Part shown: positions 30,424 through 39,882 of the stretch, piece by piece
How positions within the stretch are numbered: position 1 is the first letter of the stretch
Layout of the letters: the number at the start of each line of letters is the position of its first letter
Source: a bacterium
GTDB taxonomy: Bacteria > UBA8248
Length of the DNA stretch: 64,000 bases
NCBI GenBank assembly: GCA_965221165.1
Contig: CBDCRP010000002.1
Coordinates: forward strand, 896,001-960,000
Direction: 5' to 3'
Translations under genes and position numbers: made by a program
Notes under the pieces: generated by a model
Database searches by the model: none
What the model was told of the DNA's origin: nothing
What the model saw: only the letters and a program-made list of their open reading frames with translations

Positions 30424-31557
30424 ATTAACGAATCCGCTGAAAACCCCAAATTCCTGAATGACTTAAAAATCCGCCGCGTCATCAGCGCGCGCACCCGCCA
30501 GACCCGCCTTGGCGGCGCGAAACTGAGGGCCGAAGTTTGGACCGCCATGCAGGAGGCGAACGCCGCCCAGGTGGAAATGACCGAACTGCACGCAAAAGCG
30601 GGCGCGCGCATCGCCGAGATGACGCAAAACGAGGCGGCCTACGTCACGAGCGGCTCCGCCGCCGGCCTCGTGCTGAGCGCCGCGGCCTGCATCACGGGCG
30701 CGAATCCGGCCCTCATGGACAAGCTCCCGTTCACCGACGGGCTCAAGAACGAAATCGTGATCCACCGCTTTCAGAGAAACCACTACGACATCAACATCCG
30801 CCAGGCGGGGGCGCGGCTCGTGGAGATCGGCTCTCATCGCCAGACCCACCCCTGGGAACTCGAAGAGGCCATCGGCGAGAAGACGGCGGCCGTCTTCTAT
30901 TTCCCGGGCCAGTATGCGGGCGGAAACATCCTCAAGCTCGAGACCATCATCGAGATCGCGCACGAAAGGAACGTGCCCGTGGTCGTGGACGCCGCGGCGC
31001 AGCTTCCCCCGTCCGGCAATCTCTGGCGTTTTACCAGGGAGATGGGAGCCGACGCCGCCATCTTCAGCGGGGGAAAGAGCATCGGCGGGCCGCAGAACAC
31101 CGGCATCATCCTGGGCAAAAAAGAGATCATCGAGGCCTGCGCCATGATGGGGAGCCCCAGGTACGCCATCGGCCGGCCCATGAAGGCGGGACGCGACGAC
31201 GTCGTGGGCCTGCTCGCGGCGCTTGCGCATTATCTGGACGGCGGCGAGGCCGCCCAGTACGCCCACAACGATAAGTGGTGTGAATTTTTCATGGAGCGCC
31301 TCGGCGGGATGAGGGGACTCTCGCCCCGCCTCAGACGCCCCAACGCCCTGGGGCAGGATTTGCCGGAAGTCGTGATTGAAATCGACCAAGAATCACTCGG
31401 GAAATCGCGCGATCAGGTCGCCGATGCGCTATGGGAGTGCGAGGTGCGGATCCAGATCGGCGCATCCAATGAGTCGGAACTCTACATCTCCCCCGATCCG
31501 CTCACCGATGCGGACGCGGAATACCTCTGGGCGCGGCTCAAAGAGGTCGTTTCATAA
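30424..31557 (+). CDS. SelA/DgaE-like PLP-dependent enzyme
   Basis: VVDAAAQ, FSGGK (PLP Lys), GPQNTG, IGRPMK; family-like IRRVISA...TRLGG N-terminus extends in frame to an ATT at 30424 after AAGGAG. Confidence 0.85.
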   Translation: MNESAENPKFLNDLKIRRVISARTRQTRLGGAKLRAEVWTAMQEANAAQVEMTELHAKAGARIAEMTQNEAAYVTSGSAAGLVLSAAACITGANPALMDKLPFTDGLKNEIVIHRFQRNHYDINIRQAGARLVEIGSHRQTHPWELEEAIGEKTAAVFYFPGQYAGGNILKLETIIEIAHERNVPVVVDAAAQLPPSGNLWRFTREMGADAAIFSGGKSIGGPQNTGIILGKKEIIEACAMMGSPRYAIGRPMKAGRDDVVGLLAALAHYLDGGEAAQYAHNDKWCEFFMERLGGMRGLSPRLRRPNALGQDLPEVVIEIDQESLGKSRDQVADALWECEVRIQIGASNESELYISPDPLTDADAEYLWARLKEVVS

Positions 31558-31590
31558 GGGGACGATTCAGACCTCGAATCGGATGGAACC

Positions 31591-31723
31591 GTAGCAGGGC
31601 AACCCTCTTGGGTTGCCATATCCCCCGTGGTTGTCCTTCATCAGGACAGGCACAGGGGCCTGTCCCTACGAAACCGCCGAAGCCTTTCGTAGGGGCGGCC
31701 AACCCCAAAGGGTTTTCCGACTA
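31591..31723. repeat. REP cluster upstream of RAYT3
   Basis: GTAG at 31591, CTAC at 31666-31669, GTAG at 31689, each with a GC-rich palindrome. Confidence 0.8.
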
Positions 31724-31794
31724 AGGAAAGAAGCAATTTCTATTTATCGTCAGCCTACTTGCATAGAATGGGCGAGGGGTGAGATTCGGAGCTT

Positions 31795-32424
31795 TTGGAG
31801 ATGAAAAATAGGAAGGCGAACAGGTTGCGGGAATACGATTATTCACAGGCGGGATGTTATTTCGTGACGGTTTGCGTACAGGACAGGAAATGTCTTTTCG
31901 GTGAAATCATCGACGACGGGATGGTTTTGAACGAGGCGGGAAAGATGGTTGCCCGTTGGTGGAGCGAAACAAAGAACAAATTTCCGTATGTCGAATTGGA
32001 TGAATATGTCCTGATGCCAAATCATATGCACGGCATCGTTGTAATCGTAGGGTCAGACATATATGTCTGCCACCTGCGTGTCCGCCCGGAACCCGAAGAT
32101 CGCGAATCGGAGAATCATCAACAGGTAGAAACCCAACGACAAGAAGAAAATCAACAGGGCGAAGACCAAAGCGAGGGCGGACACACAGGTCCGCCCCTAC
32201 AGGAAATCATTCAATGGGTCAAAACGATGACCACGAATGAATATATCAACGAGGTGAAATACGGGCGTTTTCCGCCTTTCGAGAAACGCATATGGCAACG
32301 ATCATTCTACGACCACGTCATCCGCGATGATGAGGACATGAACCGCGTCCGCGAATACATCCGGAGCAACCCGCTTCAATGGGCGCTTGATGAAGAGAAC
32401 CCTGCCAACCACGCAGGGCCGTAG
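31795..32424 (+). mobile_element. RAYT copy 3
   Basis: MPNHMH, WQRSFYDHVIR, EYIRSNP; internal 154-bp REP doublet at 32047-32200. Confidence 0.92.
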
Positions 32425-32544
32425 GGACAGGTCGCGACGTGTCCTATCGTATCCACTCTTAAACGGGACAGGCACAGGGGCCTGTCCCTACGAAACAAAC
32501 GAAGCAGTTCGTAGGGGCGGACACCCCAAGGGTTGTCCGGCTAC
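32421..32544. repeat. REP cluster downstream of RAYT3
   Basis: GTAG at 32421, GGACAGGCACAGGGGCCTGTCC-CTAC ending 32491, GTAG at 32511. Confidence 0.8.
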
Positions 32545-32546
32545 CC

Positions 32547-35252
32547 TTAGTTTTGCCCGCTCTTGAGGAGCTGTCGCAACACGTACTGCAGGATGCCGCC
32601 GTGCTGGTAGTAGGACAGCTCGTTGGGGGTGTCGATGCGCACGACGGCGTCGAAGACAATCGCGGCACCGCCGCCCTCCGGCGCGGCGCTCACCCGCACC
32701 TCCTTGGCCTCGCCCTGATCCACACCCTCGACGTCGAAGGTCTCCCGGCCCGTGAGGCCCAGGCTCTCCGCCGTATCGCCCGGCTTGAACTGAAGCGGCA
32801 GCACGCCCATGCCGACCAGGTTCGAGCGGTGGATGCGCTCGAAGCTCTCGGCGATGACGGCCCGGATGCCGAGCAGGATCGACCCCTTGGCGGCCCAGTC
32901 GCGCGAGGAACCCGTGCCGTATTCCTTGCCCCCCAGAACGACGAGGGGAATCCCCGCCTCCTGGTATTCCATCGCCGCGTCGTAGATGGGCATGACCTCG
33001 TTTTTCGGGAAATAGGTGGTGAAGCCGCCCTCGGTGCCCGGAGCCGTCCTGTTCCTCAAGCGCACGTTCGAGAAGGTGCCCCGCATCATCACCTCGTGGT
33101 TCCCGCGCCTGGAACCATAGCTGTTGAAGTCGGCGGGCAGGACGTCGTTCATTACGAGAAACTGCCCGCCCGGGCTGTCGCGCTTGATGGAGCCAGCCGG
33201 CGAGATGTGGTCCGTCGTCACCGAATCGCCCAGAAGCGCAAGGCAGCGCGCTCCCCGGATGTCCTCGACGGGCTCGGGGTCGGGCTTCATGCCCTCGAAA
33301 TAGGGCGCGCGTCTTATGTAGGTGGACATGTCGTCCCACGCAAACAAGCCGCCCTCCGGCGTCGGGATGCCCTGCCAGCGCAGATCGCCCCTGAATACGT
33401 CGCCGTAGCTTCTCTGGAACATATCGGCCTTCACGTGGTTCATCACCACGTCCTGAAGCTCGCTCTGCGTGGGCCAGATGTCCTTGAGATAGACCGGAGC
33501 GCCCTCTTTATCCTCACCCAGCGGGTCTTTCGTGATGTCCAGGTCCATCCGCCCGGCGATGGCGTAGGCCACCACCAGGGGCGGTGAGGCCAGAAAGTTC
33601 ATGCGCACCTCGGCGTGCACGCGGCCCTCGAAGTTCCTGTTGCCCGAGAGCACCGAGCAGGCGACGAGGTCGCCCTCGGCCACCGCTTTCGAGATGTGCG
33701 CGGGCAGAGGGCCTGAGTTACCGATGCAGGTGGTGCAGCCGTAGCCCACGTTGTGGAAACCCAATTCTTCCAGGTAAGGCGTGAGGCCCGCGCTCTTCAG
33801 ATATTCCGTCACCACCATCGAGCCGGGCGCGAGTGAGGTCTTGACCCAGGGCTTCACTTTCAGTCCGCGCTCGGCGGCTTTTTTCGCCACCAGGCCCGCG
33901 CCCAGCATGACGTATGGGTTCGAGGTGTTGGTGCAGCTCGTAATCGCCGCGATGACGACCGCGCCGTGCGTTATCTGATAAGTCTTTGCGCCGTCTTTCA
34001 CGGTAACGGCAGCGGGAGCCACGGCCGTGCCGCCGCCTTCTCCGCCGAGTTCGATCAGCATCTTGTCGAGTTCGCGCTCGAAGGTGGCGCTCGCATCCGT
34101 GAGCACGATGCGATCCTGCGGCCGCTTGGGACCGGAGATGCTCGGGACGACGTCGCCGAGGTCCAGTTCCAGCGTGTCGGTGTAAACCGCCTCGGGAGAA
34201 TCCGTCTCGCGGAACATGCCCTGCGCCCTGGCGTAGGCCTCCACGAGGGCTATCTGCTCCGCCGGACGGCTCGTGAGCTCCATGTATTTGAGCGTCTCGC
34301 GGTCGATGGGGAAGATGCCGCAGGTCGCGCCGTACTCCGGCGCCATGTTGGCGAGCGTCGCGCGATCGGCGAGCGGCAGGTTGTCCAGGCCCGGTCCGTA
34401 GAACTCCACGAACTTGCCCACCACGCCCTTTTCCCTGAGCATCTGCACGACCACGAGGACGAGATCCGTCGCCGTGGAGCCTTCTCTCAGATCGCCTGCG
34501 AGCCTGAAGCCCACCACGTCGGGAATGAGCATCGAGTAGGGCTGGCCCAGCATGGCGGCTTCCGCCTCGATGCCGCCCACGCCCCAGCCCAGGACGCCGA
34601 TGCCGTTTATCATCGTGGTGTGCGAATCCGTGCCCACGACCGTGTCGGGAAAGGCGCGCGTGACGCCCTCTTTCTCGTCCGTGCCCACCACCGGGGCCAG
34701 AAATTCCAGGTTCACCTGATGAACGATGCCGGTATCGGGCGGCACGGCCCGGAAGTTGTCGAACGCGCTCTGCGCCCAGCGCAAAAAGGCGTAGCGCTCG
34801 GTGTTCCTGTCGTACTCGAGTTGCGCGTTGTTCTCCAAGGCCGTCTTCGTGCCGAACTCGTCCACCTGCACGGAATGGTCGATCACCAGATCGACGGGTT
34901 GCAAGGGGTTGATGAGGTCGGGGTCGCCGCCCAAATCCTTCATGGCGTCGCGCATGGCGGCCAGGTCGACCACGACGGGAACGCCCGTGTAATCCTGCAA
35001 CAAAACGCGGCTCGGCATGAAGCCTATCTCGGTAGCCTCGCCCTTCTTCGCGTCCCAGGAGGCGAGCGCCTCGATGTCGGCGGCGCGCACGGAGCGTCCA
35101 TCCTCGTTTCGAAGCAAATTCTCCAGCAAGACCTTCATGGCGAAGGGGAGCCGGGCGACGTCGCCCTTGTCCCCCAGCGCGCCTATCCGGTAAATCTCAT
35201 AGGTTGTCCCGCCTACTTCGAGTTCCGAGCGGGCATCGAAACTATTGCTCAT
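32547..35252 (-). CDS. acnA: Aconitate hydratase A
   Basis: 901 aa; [45 protein letters not shown]. Confidence 0.97.
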   Translation of the reverse strand: MSNSFDARSELEVGGTTYEIYRIGALGDKGDVARLPFAMKVLLENLLRNEDGRSVRAADIEALASWDAKKGEATEIGFMPSRVLLQDYTGVPVVVDLAAMRDAMKDLGGDPDLINPLQPVDLVIDHSVQVDEFGTKTALENNAQLEYDRNTERYAFLRWAQSAFDNFRAVPPDTGIVHQVNLEFLAPVVGTDEKEGVTRAFPDTVVGTDSHTTMINGIGVLGWGVGGIEAEAAMLGQPYSMLIPDVVGFRLAGDLREGSTATDLVLVVVQMLREKGVVGKFVEFYGPGLDNLPLADRATLANMAPEYGATCGIFPIDRETLKYMELTSRPAEQIALVEAYARAQGMFRETDSPEAVYTDTLELDLGDVVPSISGPKRPQDRIVLTDASATFERELDKMLIELGGEGGGTAVAPAAVTVKDGAKTYQITHGAVVIAAITSCTNTSNPYVMLGAGLVAKKAAERGLKVKPWVKTSLAPGSMVVTEYLKSAGLTPYLEELGFHNVGYGCTTCIGNSGPLPAHISKAVAEGDLVACSVLSGNRNFEGRVHAEVRMNFLASPPLVVAYAIAGRMDLDITKDPLGEDKEGAPVYLKDIWPTQSELQDVVMNHVKADMFQRSYGDVFRGDLRWQGIPTPEGGLFAWDDMSTYIRRAPYFEGMKPDPEPVEDIRGARCLALLGDSVTTDHISPAGSIKRDSPGGQFLVMNDVLPADFNSYGSRRGNHEVMMRGTFSNVRLRNRTAPGTEGGFTTYFPKNEVMPIYDAAMEYQEAGIPLVVLGGKEYGTGSSRDWAAKGSILLGIRAVIAESFERIHRSNLVGMGVLPLQFKPGDTAESLGLTGRETFDVEGVDQGEAKEVRVSAAPEGGGAAIVFDAVVRIDTPNELSYYQHGGILQYVLRQLLKSGQN

Positions 35253-35494
35253 CGTTCACCTCTTTCGGGCGGTAGCGCCGCTTCCCAAAAAAGCCACCGG
35301 GAAAGCGGACTCCGCCGCATCAAGCGCTCTTCGCGTCCAAAACCGGCCCCCGGTTAAGGGTGATTTCAGGCAAAAAGCCGTTATCCATGGAGTCATACGG
35401 AATGACGAAAAAACGAGTTTCCCACGCGCCGGATGATACCACACATGGAAGGACAGGACGAGGGAGGTTCGCCACCCGCCTTGAAAAGCGTTTT

Positions 35495-35920
35495 TTACGC
35501 CTCTTTCACCACCATGTAGGTGGCCGAGGCGAAACAGACGAGTTTTTCCGCATCATCGAGAATACGCATTTCCCACACCGAGGTTTTTCGGCCCAGATGC
35601 AGGGCCTTCGCCTCGCCGGTGAGGGTTCCCTCCTTCACCGGACGCACGAAGTTTATCTTCATCTCCACCGTCACCACTTCCGTACCGACCGGATAGCTCA
35701 CGTAGCTGCCTACGCCGCCGACGGTATCGGCAAGCGCCGCCAGCGCGCCGCCATGGATAATCCCGAAGGGCTGAAAGAGCCGGGGCTCCACCGGCAGCGC
35801 GACGCGGGCGAAGCCCTTCTCGGCTTCTAAGACCTCGAAACCCAGGAGGTCGTTGAAATTCCCCCGCCAGCGGGCCTGGAATGCCCGCTCGATATCCTCC
35901 CTGCTCCAGGACTGCTCCAT
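35495..35920 (-). CDS. PaaI-family thioesterase
   Basis: QPFGIIHGGALAALAD, INFVRP, HLGRKT. Confidence 0.9.
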   Translation of the reverse strand: MEQSWSREDIERAFQARWRGNFNDLLGFEVLEAEKGFARVALPVEPRLFQPFGIIHGGALAALADTVGGVGSYVSYPVGTEVVTVEMKINFVRPVKEGTLTGEAKALHLGRKTSVWEMRILDDAEKLVCFASATYMVVKEA

Positions 35921-36059
35921 GACCCATCCTTTCGGGCGCATATCGGCCCCACGGGAGGGATATGCGCGTGAAATGTATTCAAGAATTCATCGGAAAGTCG
36001 ACAAAATGAAATTATCTCACGAAGATTCGAGAGCCTTCACGAAACGCCGTAACTCCCAT

Positions 36060-36302
36060 TTATCTTTGAAGCAGGACCGCCAGGCCCTCGTTTGATTTAT
36101 CCAAGCGATCGAGCGTTTTATCCAAACTTTCCATTGTTTTCCACAATGCCTTTCTGGATTCCCGGCCCTGGGCGATGATCTCATCGAGCGCCTTCTCTCT
36201 TTGCCTGATATCGGCGCGCATGGTGTAGAGGCCATGCCAGATTACTGCGCATTGCGCGATGCCTATCAGGTCTCCCGTATTGACCGGCTGTAAATCCACC
36301 AT
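36060..36302 (-). CDS. Small membrane-anchored coiled-coil hypothetical protein
   Basis: Shares G.AQC..I..GL..MR.....R..ALDE.I with 37059-37433. Confidence 0.6.
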   Translation of the reverse strand: MVDLQPVNTGDLIGIAQCAVIWHGLYTMRADIRQREKALDEIIAQGRESRKALWKTMESLDKTLDRLDKSNEGLAVLLQR

Positions 36303-36513
36303 CTTTCCACGCGCTCTCTTTACGGGTCCTCCTTAAGGCATACTCGTGAATATTAGAACCAAAACCCAGGAAGAGCGCAAACGCTCGCGTCTTCTCTATG
36401 AAACCACGGGGCCGGATAATCGAAACAACGCAAGCTTCGGCTCGATCCCCACAGCCGCGCGATTGGCGGCCACACCCGTAAAACAGATGAGGATAATGAC
36501 CCCGAAGGCCCTA

Positions 36514-36828
36514 TCAGCCGAAGATTTGCGTCGGCACGCGCCCCCAGGCGGAGGGGTCGGTGAGGATGTCACCGCCATCGTCCTCGTAGGAGAAAAAGAG
36601 GATTTCCGTTTCGGTCTTGCTGCCCTTTTTCTCCATGCGGCGCACGGTGATGGTCGGCACGTGGACGCCGAGTTCAAAGTTTTTCGCATGGCTCACCGAG
36701 ACGCTCGCCCCGAACTTGGCGGCGCAGCTCTCGAGTTGTTCCCTCGTCGTCTTCACCCGGCCGTCCGCGAGGATCTCCCCGCCGAAATTCTCCGTGAGAT
36801 CGACTACAAAAATATTCGGCTCCAGCAT
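36514..36828 (-). CDS. Hypothetical protein
   Basis: Globular-looking 104-aa ORF with GGGAG upstream and its own promoter. Confidence 0.65.
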   Translation of the reverse strand: MLEPNIFVVDLTENFGGEILADGRVKTTREQLESCAAKFGASVSVSHAKNFELGVHVPTITVRRMEKKGSKTETEILFFSYEDDGGDILTDPSAWGRVPTQIFG

Positions 36829-36901
36829 GATGGCGCATTCTCCCTTGAAACGTGATGAACGAAACCCGGAAACGCTCTTTCCGGGGTGTGCGAAAGCGCG
36901 G

Positions 36902-36930
36902 AGTCTAGCAAAAGGAAGGGAAATTGACAA
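36902..36930 (-). promoter_or_regulatory. Sigma70-type promoter
   Basis: TTGTCA-17 bp-TAGACT on the minus strand. Confidence 0.55.
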
Positions 36931-37058
36931 AAAGCGCGACACGATTCTTTCGTCGCCGTTTATCGGGTTGCCGAGAGAGTCCCGCTTCTATGAACCGCTC
37001 CCGGTTTTCTCCCGAAGCCTCATAGTCGCCACATAGCTTTGGAGTGGTTGCGGGTTGT

Positions 37059-37433
37059 TTACGCTCGCGCCCCTCCGGTGCGTTCGATGAGCGCACGGAG
37101 CGACACCATATTTTCTTCGTGATTCGCCATATTTTCTTCGTGCCTGACTCTGTTCTCTTTACTGCGTTCACGAAGCGCCAGCATGTTTGCTTCGTGATTC
37201 GCCATGTTTGCTTCGTGATTCGCCATGTATGCTTCGTGATTCGCCATGTGTTCATCGTGATTGGATCGGGTGCGTTCGATGAGTTCATCGAGCGCCCTAT
37301 CCCGCAGAATCGCCGCGCGGCGCATGTATAAAAGGCCTATCCCGATGAGCAGGCACTGCGCGAAGCCCACCGCGCCGGCAACCCATACGCCCGCGTATTG
37401 CGCCGCCAATGATGCAACTTCGTACTGTGTCAT
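37059..37433 (-). CDS. Membrane-anchored protein with MANHEA heptad repeats
   Basis: N-terminal hydrophobic helix; MANHE(A/E)N repeats encoded by 21-bp units. Confidence 0.72.
   Translation of the reverse strand: MTQYEVASLAAQYAGVWVAGAVGFAQCLLIGIGLLYMRRAAILRDRALDELIERTRSNHDEHMANHEAYMANHEANMANHEANMLALRERSKENRVRHEENMANHEENMVSLRALIERTGGARA
37107..37260 (-). repeat. 21-bp coding tandem repeats (two blocks)
   Basis: TTCGTGATTCGCCAT core repeated on the + strand. Confidence 0.8.
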
Positions 37434-37678
37434 CTCCGTTCCCTTTCGGCTATCCAGGGAGTCGCGCCTTATATCCTACCAAATGCCCATATACCCGACA
37501 AATTCGTCCGTGCGCTGCTTTGACGTGCAGAAGGGGGATTTTTGGCGGTTTTGGGCGGGCGGCGACCCGTGTCGGTTCAGAGAATGGGCCTTAGAACTGC
37601 TTTGGTTGGAAGTATAGACAGACTGTTGCGTCTTCAGCCGCAACAGAACGGTGAAAAACCTCCCGCTCCCCGAAAACC

Positions 37679-38443
37679 CTACCAGTCCCAGAAGAGCGTA
37701 TACGCCCTGCCGGTGACGGGCCGGTTTTCTTTCCACTCGAGGCGGGTCTGGCCGGTCTCGTTCAGCACGCGGGGATAGACGCGGCGCTTGTTGAAGCTGT
37801 TCGAGGCGCCCTGGGATTCTTCCCTGCGCGCGCCCACTATATGGCGCCCGGCGGGAACGAGCACTTCGAGCCAGAACTCTTCGGTGGGATATTCGACGAG
37901 GAGGGTGACCCATTCGTTTCGCGTGGTGAACGCACCCCGCAGGCTCAACTGCTGGCGAAGCTCGAAAACCGCTCCCGCCCGAATCGTTTCCGCCAGAGGA
38001 AGGCGGGCCGAGAAATCCGCTCCCGCGCCTTCTTCGATGTGATATTCCAGGGGCGTCCAGCCGGACTCGCCGGCTTGCCCCTCATCCACGAGCCGGTAGG
38101 AATACGTCACGTCCCGCTCGCCGCTGCCCGTGTGGTAGCGCGTTCTGAGCTGGGACAGGTCCCGCAGGGCCAGGCAGCGTCGCACGCTCTCCATGCGCGC
38201 GTTTTTGCCCTCGACGTCCTCAATCGTATATGTCCGGGAGTTCAGGAGCACGCGGTAGTCGTAGTCGTCCTCCTTGTCCCTCTCGATGGAGGGGGCGGCG
38301 TGGCCTCCTTCTTCGATATGACGGACCCGCGCTTCGAGCGCGTCCATCTTCTCTGCGAGTTCCTCCTGTCGCCTGAGAACCGAAGAAATGCCGCTTGCGA
38401 GTTCATCGAGTGCGTTTTCGAGTTCAGGGTCGTTTTCCGCCAT
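37679..38443 (-). CDS. Hypothetical protein (N-terminal coiled coil, beta-rich C-terminal domain)
   Basis: GAGGA RBS before ATG at 38443; helical heptad N-terminus. Confidence 0.7.
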   Translation of the reverse strand: MAENDPELENALDELASGISSVLRRQEELAEKMDALEARVRHIEEGGHAAPSIERDKEDDYDYRVLLNSRTYTIEDVEGKNARMESVRRCLALRDLSQLRTRYHTGSGERDVTYSYRLVDEGQAGESGWTPLEYHIEEGAGADFSARLPLAETIRAGAVFELRQQLSLRGAFTTRNEWVTLLVEYPTEEFWLEVLVPAGRHIVGARREESQGASNSFNKRRVYPRVLNETGQTRLEWKENRPVTGRAYTLFWDW

Positions 38444-38651
38444 GCTTTGAGTCCTCGGGGATTTGCCGCTCCCCCGGTGCGCATGCGCCCGCATTGGCCG
38501 TGCTTTCCGCTTATCGGAACAAGGTATACCAACATACCGGGGGGATGGGCAAGAAAGCTCGTCGCGCACCTCGTTTTTCAGGGAAAATATGTAAAAAATA
38601 GCGAAAAAAGGGGGAAATATCTGAAAATAAGTGAAAATTTAAGTATTTGAT

Positions 38652-39794
38652 TTATATGGGATTAAGCTGCGTCAGGCGGCTTCGGGACGCAACGCGGCTC
38701 TCGTCGGCCAACTGGCCGCACGCCGCGAGGATATCGCCCCCCTTGCTGATGCGCGTGGTGGCCACCAGGCCTGCGGCCAGGAGTATCCGGCGGAATTCCT
38801 CGATTCGCCCATCGCCGGGCCGCTCATAGGGGGTTCCCGGAAACGGATTCCACGGAATCAGATTCACCTTACACTTGAGGCCACGCAACAGCCTGGAGAG
38901 CTCCCCAGCGTCTTGTTTCGAGTCATTTACCCCCAGGAGCATGACGTATTCAAAAGTGATGCGACGCCGCTCGCCGATGGGCAATTCCCGGCATTCATCG
39001 ATCAGCGCCCTCAAATGCCACTTGCGGTTGACCGGCACCAGTTCTCCTCTCGTCTCGTCATCCGCCGCATGGAGCGACACCGCCAAGCCCACCCCCGGAA
39101 CGGCGGACACGAAACCCCGGAGTCTCGAGACGACACCCACCGTCGATACGGTGAGCCGCCTGGGGCTGACGCCATTCGCCCGGGGGTGCGTGAGAATCCT
39201 CACGGCGCTTACCGTGGCGTCGAAATTGTCGAGCGGCTCTCCCATTCCCATGAAAACGACGTTGTGAAAACGCTCTCCTTCGGCGAGACGACTCCTTGCG
39301 GCGAGAAATTGGCCGACAATTTCACCGGGCGTCAACTGCCTGACGAAACCCATCCTGGCCGTCAGACAAAACGTGCAACCCATCGCGCATCCTACCTGCG
39401 TGGATATGCAAAGCGCCCACCGCATGACGCCATTGACGTTCCTCATCGGTATTCGGACGCTCTCGATCCGCGCGCCATCGCGCAGGCGCCACACATGTTT
39501 TTCCGTTCCATCCGCACTCTTGCTCTCCCGGTCGAGTTCGAGCGTTTCGATGCGGGCCGTTTTTTCGAGTTTCGCTCTCAGGTCTTTGGGTATATTCGCC
39601 ATTTGAGAGAATTCACGCACGCCGTGGGCATACAGCCAAGAGAATATTTGCCGGCCCCTATAAGAGGTTTCCCCCATCCGCTCGCACAGCGAAACGAGTT
39701 CTTCCTCACCCATGCCGACAAGCTCGATAGAGCCAGAGGGCGGCAATCGACCCACGCGATCTTTTTGAATTTCAGATTTCATATCCTGTTTCAT
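38652..39794 (-). CDS. rlmN: 23S rRNA/tRNA m2A methyltransferase RlmN
   Basis: CISTQVGCAMGCTFC, FMGMGEP, SLHA, AACGQL. Confidence 0.96.
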   Translation of the reverse strand: MKQDMKSEIQKDRVGRLPPSGSIELVGMGEEELVSLCERMGETSYRGRQIFSWLYAHGVREFSQMANIPKDLRAKLEKTARIETLELDRESKSADGTEKHVWRLRDGARIESVRIPMRNVNGVMRWALCISTQVGCAMGCTFCLTARMGFVRQLTPGEIVGQFLAARSRLAEGERFHNVVFMGMGEPLDNFDATVSAVRILTHPRANGVSPRRLTVSTVGVVSRLRGFVSAVPGVGLAVSLHAADDETRGELVPVNRKWHLRALIDECRELPIGERRRITFEYVMLLGVNDSKQDAGELSRLLRGLKCKVNLIPWNPFPGTPYERPGDGRIEEFRRILLAAGLVATTRISKGGDILAACGQLADESRVASRSRLTQLNPI

Positions 39795-39882
39795 CCATCA
39801 ACTCATGGTGTTATGGTTTGCCCGTTTCGTTGCTCGTTCGCATCATATCACGGTTACTCATGCCTGGATGGAGAGTGTTCAT

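Noticed and set aside
30424-31557. True selenocysteine synthase SelA serving the Sec gene
   Set aside because: Length and motifs (VVDAAAQ, IGRPMK) fit SelA-like/DgaE enzymes; the DLGSG and RALR motifs of true SelA are absent; no selB or selC nearby
33966-35357. 463-aa ORF antisense to acnA (also 32553-33587)
   Set aside because: Shadow of a clear housekeeping gene
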